Virus record (IMG/VR): IMGVR_UViG_3300001687_000017
DNA length: 64,000 nt
Strand: one strand, 5' to 3'
DNA from: an uncultured virus (IMG/VR IMGVR_UViG_3300001687_000017)
Lineage: Duplodnaviria > Heunggongvirae > Uroviricota > Caudoviricetes
Part shown: positions 17,879 to 27,244 of the stretch, piece after piece
Numbering within the stretch: position 1 is the first letter of the stretch
Layout of the letters: the number at the start of each line of letters is the position of its first letter
Notes under the pieces: generated by a model
What the model was told of the DNA's origin: nothing
Seen by the model: only the letters and a program-made list of their open reading frames with translations
Database searches by the model: none
Made by a program: the position numbers and the translations under genes

Positions 17879-19295
17879 TTACCTGACGCTGCCCAGGGCT
17901 TACCTGAGCGCGGTCATTAGCCTGCGGGTGGACTTTTACCCTGGTCCGCCTGTGAAGGTCGCTCTTCGTCTTGAAGACATGCAATCCGACCTGGACCGCA
18001 TGATTGCCAGCGCTGCGACGCATTTTGTCGATCAGAGCTGCGTGATGCTTCACCGGGACGAGCTGGAGGCCGAGGGCCGCATGGCCATCCGCAATGTCCT
18101 GATCAAAGACTGGCTAACACGGGCCAGGAACCGCGTCGAATTCTTCAAGATCGCCAAGACGGCGGTCATGAACCGCATCCGTAGTCTGGTTCAACAACAC
18201 CGATTCACGCAAAAGCGCACAGGGCGCAAGCCGCCGAACCGCAACGAGCCGCTGAGCTGGGAAAGCCACCGGCCCAACGAAGTCAGCCTGGACGACCCTG
18301 ACGCACATTTGCAGGTTGGGGAGGCTTACACCGAGGCTGAAATCGACGCGGTCGAACTGGAGAAGGAAATTCGTTTACGCTTGGAGGGCCTACCACTTTT
18401 TGTGTTCGACGCAATGCTAGAGCTGCCGCTTACCGCCTTGAAGCTTGCGGAGCTGGACGCCTACCGTGGCCGCAGGGCGCAGCGGTGCCGCATACGGATC
18501 ACGGAGCAGAACATAGCGGAAGCCCTGCAAATTCCCGTCGAACTGTATAGGAAAGCTGTTCTTCAGGTACAAAATGTTACGCGTCAAGTCCGCAGCATGA
18601 ATCCTGAATTGCAAGATTACGAATTTACGGTCGAGCACCTTTCCTCCGTGTTCGGCGTCCAGGTGCCAAAGTCGATGCCCACCATGTTGGTCCGGCGTTT
18701 GTTTACGATTGCCGCTTGGAACCAGGTCGAAAAGGTTACCCCGGAGGTATCCGACAAACTGGAGATGATTGGGGCCAAAGTGCCGAAGTGGAATGGTTCC
18801 ACTGTGAGCTGCTTCGGCATCCTCTACAACGAGGGCAACAAGACCTGCGAGAGCTGTGGCGTCAAGGAAAGCTGCGCCAGCGAGGCTGCCAATGCGGGTT
18901 TGGGCACCATCGTTTACAGCCACCGTGCCCTGGGCGCACGAGCACAGCGCACAGCTTACATCTTGCCCAATGCCCAAGCCCGAAGCGAGCCGCCGGTTAC
19001 CTCAAGCTGGCGTGATTCGGAAATTGCCGATTACCTTCACCGAAACTTTGCCAGGGTCAGCCACCAGAGCGAGACTTACTACCGCCCGAAGGATTTCAAG
19101 GATAAGTCCAAGCTCCTTTTCTGCATCGGAGCGCGCACCATTCCATTTCGTTTACGTTTTTGCAATCCCAGCCAAAAGCTGCGCCCTCGGTTGGAAAAGC
19201 GGGGCCGGATGTATTACGCCCCTGCCTCGGGTTCGGCTGAGGAGGTCATCGCATTGATCGACGAGCACGTTCGCAACGCTTATGCCGTCCACTGA
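17859..19295 (+). CDS. RNA polymerase sigma-like factor 2 with C-terminal Cys-rich extension
   Basis: RDELEAEGRMA...FFKIAKTAVMNRIRSL (region 2), VSLDD, NIAEALQIP (region-4-like HTH), CFG...CESCGVKESC. Confidence 0.65.
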   Translation: MNTSTLDYLTLPRAYLSAVISLRVDFYPGPPVKVALRLEDMQSDLDRMIASAATHFVDQSCVMLHRDELEAEGRMAIRNVLIKDWLTRARNRVEFFKIAKTAVMNRIRSLVQQHRFTQKRTGRKPPNRNEPLSWESHRPNEVSLDDPDAHLQVGEAYTEAEIDAVELEKEIRLRLEGLPLFVFDAMLELPLTALKLAELDAYRGRRAQRCRIRITEQNIAEALQIPVELYRKAVLQVQNVTRQVRSMNPELQDYEFTVEHLSSVFGVQVPKSMPTMLVRRLFTIAAWNQVEKVTPEVSDKLEMIGAKVPKWNGSTVSCFGILYNEGNKTCESCGVKESCASEAANAGLGTIVYSHRALGARAQRTAYILPNAQARSEPPVTSSWRDSEIADYLHRNFARVSHQSETYYRPKDFKDKSKLLFCIGARTIPFRLRFCNPSQKLRPRLEKRGRMYYAPASGSAEEVIALIDEHVRNAYAVH

Positions 19296-19656
19296 CATCC
19301 ATGCCGATAAGAAGGCCGACACGGTTGTTGCCGAGCCGGTCATGACCCAGTGGCAGGCCCTGCGCCAGGTCGGCTGGGTCCAGCCAATCGATTTCATCAT
19401 CCTATTTCTGGTTTTCATGGTCGCACTGACCATGATCTTCTGGTCGATTTTTGCGGAGCCGACCGGCGTTCAACTGATGACCTGTGCCATCATCGGATTC
19501 GCCATTTGCCAGCTCTGGATGATTTTGCTCGTTTACCGCTGCATGCACTTTGTTCTCACCATACAAGCCTACCTGAACAACCTTCCCTACGAGGCCGCCA
19601 GGATCGCGATGGCCGGAATGACCGGCAAGCCGATGGAGCCTCCCACACGACGATGA
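19282..19656 (+). CDS. membrane protein (2 TM)
   Basis: Two hydrophobic stretches. Confidence 0.7.
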   Translation: MPSTDIHADKKADTVVAEPVMTQWQALRQVGWVQPIDFIILFLVFMVALTMIFWSIFAEPTGVQLMTCAIIGFAICQLWMILLVYRCMHFVLTIQAYLNNLPYEAARIAMAGMTGKPMEPPTRR

Positions 19657-19943
19657 AGAAAACGCTCACCCGCGAGGACGCCGCCCTGGAAATCTCCCAA
19701 CGCGTGGGCTGCGCGATCACGCTCGCCCGGCGCTTTCTGGATACGAGCATCGACGTGATGAGTGACGCGCTCCTGGCAGGACGCAAGGTCGAATTCCGCA
19801 ATTTTGGCGTTTTTCGTGTGGTGAAGCGAAAGCCTCGCGTGGGCCGCAACCCCAAGGAGCCGGAGGCCGGGCGCATTGAAATCCCGTCCAAGCTGGGAAT
19901 CAAGTTCAAGACCAGTCCCCACCTGGAAAAGAAGCTCAAATGA
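19653..19943 (+). CDS. hup: HU/IHF-family DNA-binding protein
   Basis: KVEFRNFGVF.V.KRKPRVGRNPK...IEIP...KFK; ATG at 19653. Confidence 0.93.
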   Translation: MKKTLTREDAALEISQRVGCAITLARRFLDTSIDVMSDALLAGRKVEFRNFGVFRVVKRKPRVGRNPKEPEAGRIEIPSKLGIKFKTSPHLEKKLK

Positions 19944-20833
19944 CCAGCGCGATTGCCATTCTGACCTACCGCAGACTGCCGGTCCTGGCCAAGATGTTCG
20001 AGGGCCTGTTGGCGCACTGCAAGGACTATCCGATCGCTGTTTTCGAGGATTTCGGGCGCACGGACGGCACGGCCCGTTGGCTGGCCGGGGACGCTAAGCC
20101 GGAATCGAGGGAAGACCTGTTGGCTACCTACTGCCGCATGCCCTGGGGCGAAGCCTTCCTGGGCACCGAGAACCTGGGTGTGGCCAGCAATTCCAACCGG
20201 GCGCTTCGCTGGTTCGAGGAAGGCGGCTGGGACCATCTGTGCCTCTGCAACGACGATCTTGAGGTCCTGGGCGACTTCCCGGCTTTTTATGCCAAGGCTC
20301 ATCAGGAGCTGGGCATCAATTTCTTTTGCTTCAATGATTTTTGGGAATGGCCCACGCATCGTTGGGCGCTGTGCCGGTCACGCGGCTATCGTTTACGAAT
20401 TTTTCGCCAAATGACCGGCATCATGTGCTCGGTCACGCGAAAGGCTTTCAACGAGGTCGGGTACTTCGACGCCAGGTTCGGCAAGTTCGGCCAAGAGCAC
20501 TGCGATTGGACCAATCGTTTTCGATTTACGGGAAACATCCGGCTCGACGGCGTCGATCAGCCGTGCGTCGACGTGGAACCCACCAACCCGGACGGATCAG
20601 CGGGGCAAGCTGTCCTCAAACACCAGGAATGCCCCACTTGTGTCATCGGCGACGAGCGCGCCCGCGCTGACCAGGAAGCTTTGGAGGCACTAAGGGAGGT
20701 TGCCAAGGGCTATAATACCGAGTCCAACTACAAGCCGTTCGCCCTGCGCTCGCCGCGCTTTGTCGGAGGTTTTCTCAATCAGGGAATCCCGACCGAGCAA
20801 CTCAAGGGTTATCGAACGGTCACGTGTAGTTAG
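19940..20833 (+). CDS. glycosyltransferase (GT2-like)
   Basis: IAILTYRR, EDFG.TDGT, NLGVASNSNRAL, CNDDL, VGYFDARF..FGQEH.DW..R. Confidence 0.9.
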   Translation: MTSAIAILTYRRLPVLAKMFEGLLAHCKDYPIAVFEDFGRTDGTARWLAGDAKPESREDLLATYCRMPWGEAFLGTENLGVASNSNRALRWFEEGGWDHLCLCNDDLEVLGDFPAFYAKAHQELGINFFCFNDFWEWPTHRWALCRSRGYRLRIFRQMTGIMCSVTRKAFNEVGYFDARFGKFGQEHCDWTNRFRFTGNIRLDGVDQPCVDVEPTNPDGSAGQAVLKHQECPTCVIGDERARADQEALEALREVAKGYNTESNYKPFALRSPRFVGGFLNQGIPTEQLKGYRTVTCS

Positions 20834-20839
20834 GACAGC

Positions 20840-21262
20840 ATGAACAAAAGCGCCATTGTAGCCAAGCTCCTCGGCGAGGCGGAAGCTGCGGCAATCGACG
20901 TTCCGGCTGAGCAGGCCGCCGAAGCGGGCTCAAAAACCAGCCCCAATGTGGACGCCTTGGCCGCAAGCTGGAAACAGGGAAACCGCCAGGCCGTGGCGAT
21001 CCGCGTGCTGGACGCTTTGGATTCGTACGAAGATTTCGTGCGCTTGCTCTTTCGGCTGGGCGAAACCGACGGTGTAGAGCTGGGCGCGATCATGGATGAG
21101 TTGACCAGCGAAGAGGTCAGCCCGCACGAGTTTGATGAGTACTCGGATGAGATGGCCGTGCGCATGAAGAACCGGCCCACACCGGATACGCCCGGCGTCA
21201 TGGGCGCGGCAGAAAGCCTGAATCCAACCCAAATCTGGCTCAAGCGCCTCAAAGCACGATGA
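20840..21262 (+). CDS. hypothetical (putative head-associated) protein
   Basis: TAGTTAGG motif upstream; lies ahead of the head gene cluster. Confidence 0.7.
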   Translation: MNKSAIVAKLLGEAEAAAIDVPAEQAAEAGSKTSPNVDALAASWKQGNRQAVAIRVLDALDSYEDFVRLLFRLGETDGVELGAIMDELTSEEVSPHEFDEYSDEMAVRMKNRPTPDTPGVMGAAESLNPTQIWLKRLKAR

Positions 21263-21957
21263 ATTCCCTGGTCGCCAGAATGACGGGTATCAAGGAAAAC
21301 GTGCCGGTGCCCGTGGCCGCCAAGCGGAGCGCCAATCCCCGCGAACAGGACCGTGACGAGCGCCGTTCCCGGCAGCTGCGCACTGCGGCGGCGATCATAG
21401 GTGTTCGGGAGGCCGAGGGCCAGGCCATCATCCCGGACGACGCGGAGGAGATTGAGGCCACCGTGGGGACCACTGGCTTGAAGATCAAGGACCAGAGCGC
21501 GCCCCAGGAGCCCGAGAAGGAGCCCGGCGTGCCCACGGACCAGGCGGAAACGGACGAGCCCGAGGAGGTCATCACGCCCAAGGACATTTTGGTGGCTCCT
21601 GACGTAACGCCGGAATTGTTTACGCCAATCGATTCAAGCGAGGTTCCCGAGCCCAAGGGAGCCGAGAAGAAGCCTGAGCCTGCTCCGGCACCACCCAAGC
21701 CCGAACCGCAACCCGAGACCAGGCCGACCATCGATCCGTTGGAGGTTCTGCTGGGCCGCCGGACCACGAGCCGACCGGCAGACACAGTGCCGCCGGAAAC
21801 CCCAGTCTCAGTCGAGTCCATCCAGTCTACCGTAAACGTAAGCCTCGGTGTCAGCGCCGCTCCCGGTGACCTTCTCGGTAGGGGCGTGCCGATGCCTGAC
21901 CCCACACCGGGCCAGCCGTCCAAGATCGTCGAGGCTTTCCGGGATTACGTGCGGTGA
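21259..21957 (+). CDS. hypothetical Pro/Glu-rich protein
   Basis: ATGA overlap with the previous gene. Confidence 0.7.
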   Translation: MNSLVARMTGIKENVPVPVAAKRSANPREQDRDERRSRQLRTAAAIIGVREAEGQAIIPDDAEEIEATVGTTGLKIKDQSAPQEPEKEPGVPTDQAETDEPEEVITPKDILVAPDVTPELFTPIDSSEVPEPKGAEKKPEPAPAPPKPEPQPETRPTIDPLEVLLGRRTTSRPADTVPPETPVSVESIQSTVNVSLGVSAAPGDLLGRGVPMPDPTPGQPSKIVEAFRDYVR

Positions 21958-22223
21958 GCGACTTCATCCAAGGCCAGGAGCTGCGCGTTCGGATCACCCG
22001 TCAGCCCTTCCTGGACGAGTTTACGCTCCATCTTCCCAACGGGCATACCGAGGAGCTGATGCCGGACGAGGCGCGTCAGTGGTTCAAGGACCACGGCGTC
22101 GACGATGATGAAGGCATGGAAAAGGTGCTGGACGAGTGCTGGAACTTCTACGAATCGGTCCTGATTATCGACGCCTACCGTGAGCCTGTGAAGCCCTTTC
22201 CAGGGTATCAGCCCAACGTGTAA
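21954..22223 (+). CDS. hypothetical protein
   Basis: GTGA overlap; acidic, 89 aa. Confidence 0.7.
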   Translation: MSDFIQGQELRVRITRQPFLDEFTLHLPNGHTEELMPDEARQWFKDHGVDDDEGMEKVLDECWNFYESVLIIDAYREPVKPFPGYQPNV

Positions 22224-22345
22224 ACGTTTGCGGCAATACAGGGGTCGATATTGGATTTCCGTCTTTTGAGGCGCAAAACGTTTGCGCAAACACTTTGGAT
22301 TTCGCGCCCGCGTGGTTACCGACAGGCAACGTCTTGTCGTAAACC

Positions 22346-24010
22346 ATGCAGCAACTATTAGAAGGCACACGAGGGGCGGTCCCCTTCATTGTCGACCGCT
22401 CGAAACCGTGGGTCACAGAAGATCATCAGGGATCGCTGGGCACACGTATTCCAGGACGATTTTCCATTTGCGATTGCGTTAACGGCAACAAGCGCCGTTA
22501 CCCGAAGCGCGTGTGGGAGAAAAACTTGGCCGAAGGGAGCCCGCTGCGACAAGCGATTGCCCGAAATGCTGCCTTTGGGCTCCTGGAGCACCCCTCCAAC
22601 GGCCAAGTATCCCACCTTTCCCCAATCTGCATCCTCGTGACCGACGCCAAAATGGTCGAGGTCAAAGGTGAGGAGGGCAGGCCCATCACCGAAGTCCACG
22701 GTGAAATCACCATTTTGAACACGCCGGAAGGCCAGCGCCTGCGGGCGCTGATTGAGGCGGGCTACAACCCGCTGGTCTCCAGCCGTGGATTCGGAACCGT
22801 CGTCCAGGCCACCGATGGCGTCGACGAAGTTCAGGAAGATTACGTTTGTGAAGGCTGGGATGTGGTCATGAAGCCGTCCTTCGAGAAAGCGGAGGTATGG
22901 GCGCATGGCGAGGCCCAGGAGTCCAAGAAAGAGGCCAGTAAGCCCCAGGAAGAGGCCAAGAAACCCGAGGCCAAGAAACCCGAGGCTGAACTGGTCGTGA
23001 CCGAGGACCGCAAACCAACAGATGTGAGGGAGACGGCAGCTCCTTCCCAGGTGGCAGCAGCCGAAGCTGCTGGCAGCGCTAAACCTCAACTGACCGAACA
23101 AGCTATGGACATCAAAGACATCAAGACCCGAATCGGTGCTCTGCGCGCCGCCTCGGTGCCGAAGGAACCACAACGGTTCGCCGAAGGGATGGCTGAGATG
23201 GCCGATCTGCACCAGGAGATTGCCAACTACGTCGCCGAGGACACGAAGCGTTCGTGGCAGGGCACGCAGCTCCATGAGCAGGTCAAGGCCATTGAGACCA
23301 CCTGGAGCGAATCCGCGCAGGCCCCGGCCCGGCAGGCGAGCAAGCTCACGGAGGACTATACCAAAGTTCTCCGGGTGACCAAGGCGCTCGGTGAGTCGGC
23401 TGTGAGCCTCAAGAAAAAGCTGAGCGAAGCGCTCAAGCAGCGAGGCGAAGCCGCCGAACTTATCGAGGAGCTGACTGAACGCGGCCAGGGCTGGGTAGCC
23501 CTCGCTGAAAAACGCAAGGAGCTGATCGAAGAGCTGGAGTACAAGCTCAACGTGGCCTGTGAGGCGCTCGACATCGTTGCCGAGACCTATTGGGCCGACA
23601 TGACCGACCTCGGTCGGCGTGTGATCACCCTTGAATTCGGCGAAAAGGCCCAGGCCGAAGACATTCAAAAGGCGCTCAAGGAAGCCAAGATGCCGAAGGA
23701 CATCGTGGCGATCCGCGAGAAACTGGAGCCTCAAAAAGAGGCTAAGGAAGGTGAAAAGGAAGAGGAGGACGAGGACGAGAAGAAGGAAGAGATGAAGGAA
23801 GAGTCCAAGTCTGACGAAACCAAAACCGCCGCCGAAAAACAACAGGAAGCCAAGGACGACAAAAAGGAGTCCAAGGTGCCTGTGACGGAGAAGAAAGAAT
23901 CTGAGAGCGAAACTCCGCCCTCGCTCGAAGAACGTGTGCTGGTTCCGAGTGTCCGTACGATCGATGAGTCGGTCGATATGGTCCGTCGGCTGTCAGCATC
24001 CGCCAAGTAA
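22346..24010 (+). CDS. gp21: prohead protease (gp21-like) fused to scaffold-like coiled coil
   Basis: NGNKRRYP, GLLEHP, ILNTPEG, VSSRGFG, DVVMKPS, then a charged helical tail of about 360 aa. Confidence 0.92.
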   Translation: MQQLLEGTRGAVPFIVDRSKPWVTEDHQGSLGTRIPGRFSICDCVNGNKRRYPKRVWEKNLAEGSPLRQAIARNAAFGLLEHPSNGQVSHLSPICILVTDAKMVEVKGEEGRPITEVHGEITILNTPEGQRLRALIEAGYNPLVSSRGFGTVVQATDGVDEVQEDYVCEGWDVVMKPSFEKAEVWAHGEAQESKKEASKPQEEAKKPEAKKPEAELVVTEDRKPTDVRETAAPSQVAAAEAAGSAKPQLTEQAMDIKDIKTRIGALRAASVPKEPQRFAEGMAEMADLHQEIANYVAEDTKRSWQGTQLHEQVKAIETTWSESAQAPARQASKLTEDYTKVLRVTKALGESAVSLKKKLSEALKQRGEAAELIEELTERGQGWVALAEKRKELIEELEYKLNVACEALDIVAETYWADMTDLGRRVITLEFGEKAQAEDIQKALKEAKMPKDIVAIREKLEPQKEAKEGEKEEEDEDEKKEEMKEESKSDETKTAAEKQQEAKDDKKESKVPVTEKKESESETPPSLEERVLVPSVRTIDESVDMVRRLSASAK

Positions 24011-24052
24011 CCAAGTAAGCGGAAAAGAGAAACCTCAAACTCAGTTACACGT

Positions 24053-25510
24053 ATGGTACTAACAAGCAATGGAAGACCGGTACTTGCGTCGAACGGCGGA
24101 CATCTCAGCCGATTCACCGAAGTACTGGAATGGGGCCACCATTTGGCGAATACGCCGATTGGTGTGCCGAAAGGATCGCCACGGGGCCTTTGGGAAGCCA
24201 AAGGTTGGAAGGAATTCGTGGAACACATGCCGGAGCACAAGCGCGCTCTCACAGCCATCATGCTGGAGAACTGCCGCAGCCGCTTCGGTCAACTGGACGA
24301 GGTCACCAGGACCACTTCGCTCGGCACGTTCGACAAGTGGATTTTCCCGGTGATCGCGAACATGTCCGAGAACGACGTGATCGACCAGCTGGTTGCGCTG
24401 CAACCGATGGCGGGTCCGGTCAGCCAGATCGTTTACATGGACATCGTGACGGGTCGTCGGAAGGGCCGCACCCCTGCCGGAGCGCCGATGTGGCGTGCTC
24501 TCCAGGGCGCTGTGGACCGCGATGACGACGCCGACGAGTACGTCCAGGACGAGACCGGCACGGCCACCAACAACGGTGGCAATGCCGCGATCACCCTGGA
24601 ATGGACGCCTCTCCGCGCTGGAACGCTGTCTGGCACCGCCAACGCGGTCGCCATTCAGGACGACGGCAATGGCAACATCATCGACGCTGGTGGGACCTCG
24701 ATCGGGACCATCAACTACGTGACGGGTGCCATTTCCATCACCGGTTACGGGGCCGCCACCTACACCCTGAGCTACGCCTTCAACTCGGAAGGCAACATCA
24801 ACATCATGGACTACGAGCTGAAGCTCAGCTCGACGCCCGTGACGGCGAAGGTGATGAAGCTCAAGGCAGTGTGGTCGGAAGAGGCCGATCAGAACCTTCA
24901 GTCGATGTACAACATCAAGGCTGAGCCGGTTCTGTTGAACGCCTTGACCAACGCGCTCCAATACCAGAAGCACCGCCAGGTCATCTTCGATCTGCGTGCG
25001 CGTGCGGACGCTGGCTTCGTGAGTTGGGATGCACTGGCCCCGGCTGGTGTGAATTACCAAACCCACAAGTTCTCCATCATCGATGCGTTCGAGACCAGCT
25101 CGAACTTTATCTTTGGCGCGACGAACATGGTCGCGGGCAACTGGCTGCTCCTGGGCCTCCAGGCGGCAACCGTGGTTTGCACGCTGCCTCAGTTCGTGTC
25201 GAAGAACAACCGGACCCAAATGCAGGGGATCACCTACCTGGGTGACCTCGGCAACAAGAAGGTCTTCGCCGATCCTCACTACCCGAACAACGAATGGCTG
25301 GTCGGCCACAAGGGCGATCAGTTCCTGACGACCGGGTACGTGCTGGCTGAGTATCAGAAGCTCTACACCACGCCGGACATCGTCCTGCCTGACTTCCTCC
25401 ACCAGCGGGGTTTTGCGACCTCGTTCGCCCGGAAGGTCGTCAACAGCAAGATGTACTGCCGAGGCTTGGTGCTGAACTCGCCAGTTGCGTTCGGCCAGAC
25501 CATCGGCTAA
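24053..25510 (+). CDS. gp23: major capsid protein (gp23-like)
   Basis: TAIMLEN, LVALQPMAGP, VTAK..KLKAVWSEEADQNL..MY, Y..L, GFATSFA. Confidence 0.95.
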   Translation: MVLTSNGRPVLASNGGHLSRFTEVLEWGHHLANTPIGVPKGSPRGLWEAKGWKEFVEHMPEHKRALTAIMLENCRSRFGQLDEVTRTTSLGTFDKWIFPVIANMSENDVIDQLVALQPMAGPVSQIVYMDIVTGRRKGRTPAGAPMWRALQGAVDRDDDADEYVQDETGTATNNGGNAAITLEWTPLRAGTLSGTANAVAIQDDGNGNIIDAGGTSIGTINYVTGAISITGYGAATYTLSYAFNSEGNINIMDYELKLSSTPVTAKVMKLKAVWSEEADQNLQSMYNIKAEPVLLNALTNALQYQKHRQVIFDLRARADAGFVSWDALAPAGVNYQTHKFSIIDAFETSSNFIFGATNMVAGNWLLLGLQAATVVCTLPQFVSKNNRTQMQGITYLGDLGNKKVFADPHYPNNEWLVGHKGDQFLTTGYVLAEYQKLYTTPDIVLPDFLHQRGFATSFARKVVNSKMYCRGLVLNSPVAFGQTIG

Positions 25511-25532
25511 GCCTGAACTAGGCTGATAATCA

Positions 25533-25562
25533 AAGGCCCCGAGGAGCGATCCTCGGGGCCTT
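25533..25562 (+). terminator. intrinsic terminator after capsid gene
   Basis: Perfect hairpin AAGGCCCCGAGGA-GCGA-TCCTCGGGGCCTT. Confidence 0.85.
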
Positions 25563-25598
25563 GTTGCTGTACAGGACGCTGACTGTTAAAGATTGTTG

Positions 25599-25627
25599 TT
25601 GACAGCTAAGGTGTTCAGGTCTAGCTT
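25599..25627 (+). promoter_or_regulatory. sigma70-like early promoter (leaderless)
   Basis: TTGACA-17 nt-TAGCTT, then 6 nt to ATG 25634. Confidence 0.7.
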
Positions 25628-25633
25628 TGTGCT

Positions 25634-26026
25634 ATGGTTGAGCCACATCTTATAGCCTACGCGCTCGCACTACTGGCCGTTCTGTTCGTTACCAGCGGCT
25701 TTTGGGCCGGACCGCAGATATTTCTCACAGCGTCGCGTGCCTTGATGGTCATTGTGCCTTGCCTTGTTCTCCTCTCCATCGTCTTGGTGGTGCTCGCGGC
25801 GAAGACGGGCAATGGCTGGAGCATTTTTATGTGCTCCGGCCCTCTGATGGGGTTCGTGATCGCTTTTCTGAATCCTGCCAATAGGGAACCCTGGGTCGGT
25901 GCCGTCAAACAGGTCAAGCGCCTCGACACCAAGACCCCTTGGGGAGCCTCCATCGCCGTGACCTCCGGCCTTTTCGTTATTGGGCTCATTTTGGGCTTTT
26001 GCAGGTGGGTGGGCCTCATTTCTTAA
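25634..26026 (+). CDS. membrane protein (about 4 TM)
   Basis: Highly hydrophobic, 130 aa. Confidence 0.75.
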   Translation: MVEPHLIAYALALLAVLFVTSGFWAGPQIFLTASRALMVIVPCLVLLSIVLVVLAAKTGNGWSIFMCSGPLMGFVIAFLNPANREPWVGAVKQVKRLDTKTPWGASIAVTSGLFVIGLILGFCRWVGLIS

Positions 26027-26064
26027 AGAATTTTGTTGACGGCTAAGCGCCTTGGGTCCATATT
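26023..26064 (+). promoter_or_regulatory. sigma70-like early promoter, repeat copy 1
   Basis: TTAAAGAATTTTG-TTGACG-17 nt-CATATT; 20 bp identical to 26873-26892. Confidence 0.8.
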
Positions 26065-26073
26065 TGTATCGCT

Positions 26074-26679
26074 ATGACGATGCAAACCTACGACGCCGCC
26101 GGAAACCCAGTCGGGCCGGATTCTGTCTTCTGCGCCAATTGCGGGCAGCACATCAAGAACATCACCTACTTCCGGGGCAAGCCCTACGGCCCCGAGTGCA
26201 TCAAGTACATGACCGGGGAGGCTCTGGAGAACTGGGTCGTCCGGCATGGGCACATCGACGAGGAGGCGACAGCCCGTCGAAAGGCCGACCGCGAGGCCCA
26301 GCAGGCTGCCTACGACGCCGCAGCCGCCAAGGCCAGGGCTGACCGCCAGGCGCGCTGGGAAAGCCGCAAATGGCTCGTGGACGCGATTTGGCCCAAAGAC
26401 CAGTGGCGCGAGCTTCCTGACGAGGCCGGATTTCGGCGCTGGATCATGCCGGACAACGCGTTCCTCATGTACAACCGGCAGCACGATGACTTCAGCGCCA
26501 ATGGCTGGAGCGCCTTTCTGATTAGCCGCGTGCTCAACGACGCCAGCTTCGATGGATGGCTCTGCGACAAGTTGGCCGACTTCATCGCCAAGAAGGAAGG
26601 CCGTCGCAACAGCAAGGCTTACACGCGCCGCTATGACGAACTGATGGAGAGGCTGGAGCAGGAAGGGGTGGCGGCGTGA
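26074..26679 (+). CDS. hypothetical early protein with N-terminal zinc-ribbon-like motif
   Basis: CANCG...YGPEC; C-terminal GRRNSKAY. Confidence 0.8.
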   Translation: MTMQTYDAAGNPVGPDSVFCANCGQHIKNITYFRGKPYGPECIKYMTGEALENWVVRHGHIDEEATARRKADREAQQAAYDAAAAKARADRQARWESRKWLVDAIWPKDQWRELPDEAGFRRWIMPDNAFLMYNRQHDDFSANGWSAFLISRVLNDASFDGWLCDKLADFIAKKEGRRNSKAYTRRYDELMERLEQEGVAA

Positions 26680-26876
26680 ACACGGCGGTATGCCCATTCT
26701 GCAACTGGACAGCCAAGGCGACTGGCGTCTGGAGGCAGCATTACGCGGCTCGCGAACACATGGCCAAGGAGCACCCGGATCGCTTTGCCGACCTGGAGCA
26801 CTGTGAAAACGCTGTCCGGCTGGAAATCAGCCGCCTCATTCGGCATTACGGCCAAGCGGCGAGCCGACGCTATTAA
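26676..26876 (+). CDS. small zinc-finger-like protein
   Basis: CPFC...HMAKEH; GTGA overlap. Confidence 0.65.
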   Translation: MNTAVCPFCNWTAKATGVWRQHYAAREHMAKEHPDRFADLEHCENAVRLEISRLIRHYGQAASRRY

Positions 26877-26914
26877 AGAATTTTGTTGACGGACAAAGCG
26901 TTCAAGCCCATATT
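26873..26914 (+). promoter_or_regulatory. sigma70-like early promoter, repeat copy 2
   Basis: TTGACG-17 nt-CATATT, then 6 nt to ATG 26921. Confidence 0.8.
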
Positions 26915-26920
26915 GCTGCC

Positions 26921-27166
26921 ATGAATCTGACTGTCATTGAATCCCCGTTTAAGACCTTGCCTGCTGGGACCAAGGTCGCCCTTATCAATTTCGCGCAGAC
27001 CAACGACATCTGCATCCACGCGCCCGAGGATTTTGCCGAGCTGGGCATCCTCCAGGCCGCCACGGTTCAGTTCAACACCAACATCGGGCGCGGTGGCCGG
27101 GCCACGACGCGCATCCACATCAACGGATTCCTGAACCGAAAGCGCGGTACGCTCGTGGTCGAATGA
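26921..27166 (+). CDS. hypothetical early protein
   Basis: Directly behind the promoter. Confidence 0.7.
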   Translation: MNLTVIESPFKTLPAGTKVALINFAQTNDICIHAPEDFAELGILQAATVQFNTNIGRGGRATTRIHINGFLNRKRGTLVVE

Positions 27167-27244
27167 CTTTGCTACGCGCCCGACTGACCGGGCGTGGGCA
27201 TCAACCCCGCTAGGCCGACGGAGAAATCGGCCAACCAAAGTAAC

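Noticed and set aside
19282..19656. Holin call for the 2-TM protein
   Set aside because: No adjacent endolysin or spanin, and it lies in a regulatory operon.
22358..25402. Long antisense ORFs opposite the protease and capsid genes (also 27371-28384 and 49369-51123)
   Set aside because: These are shadow ORFs expected from GC-rich codon bias; they show no recognisable motifs or upstream signals.
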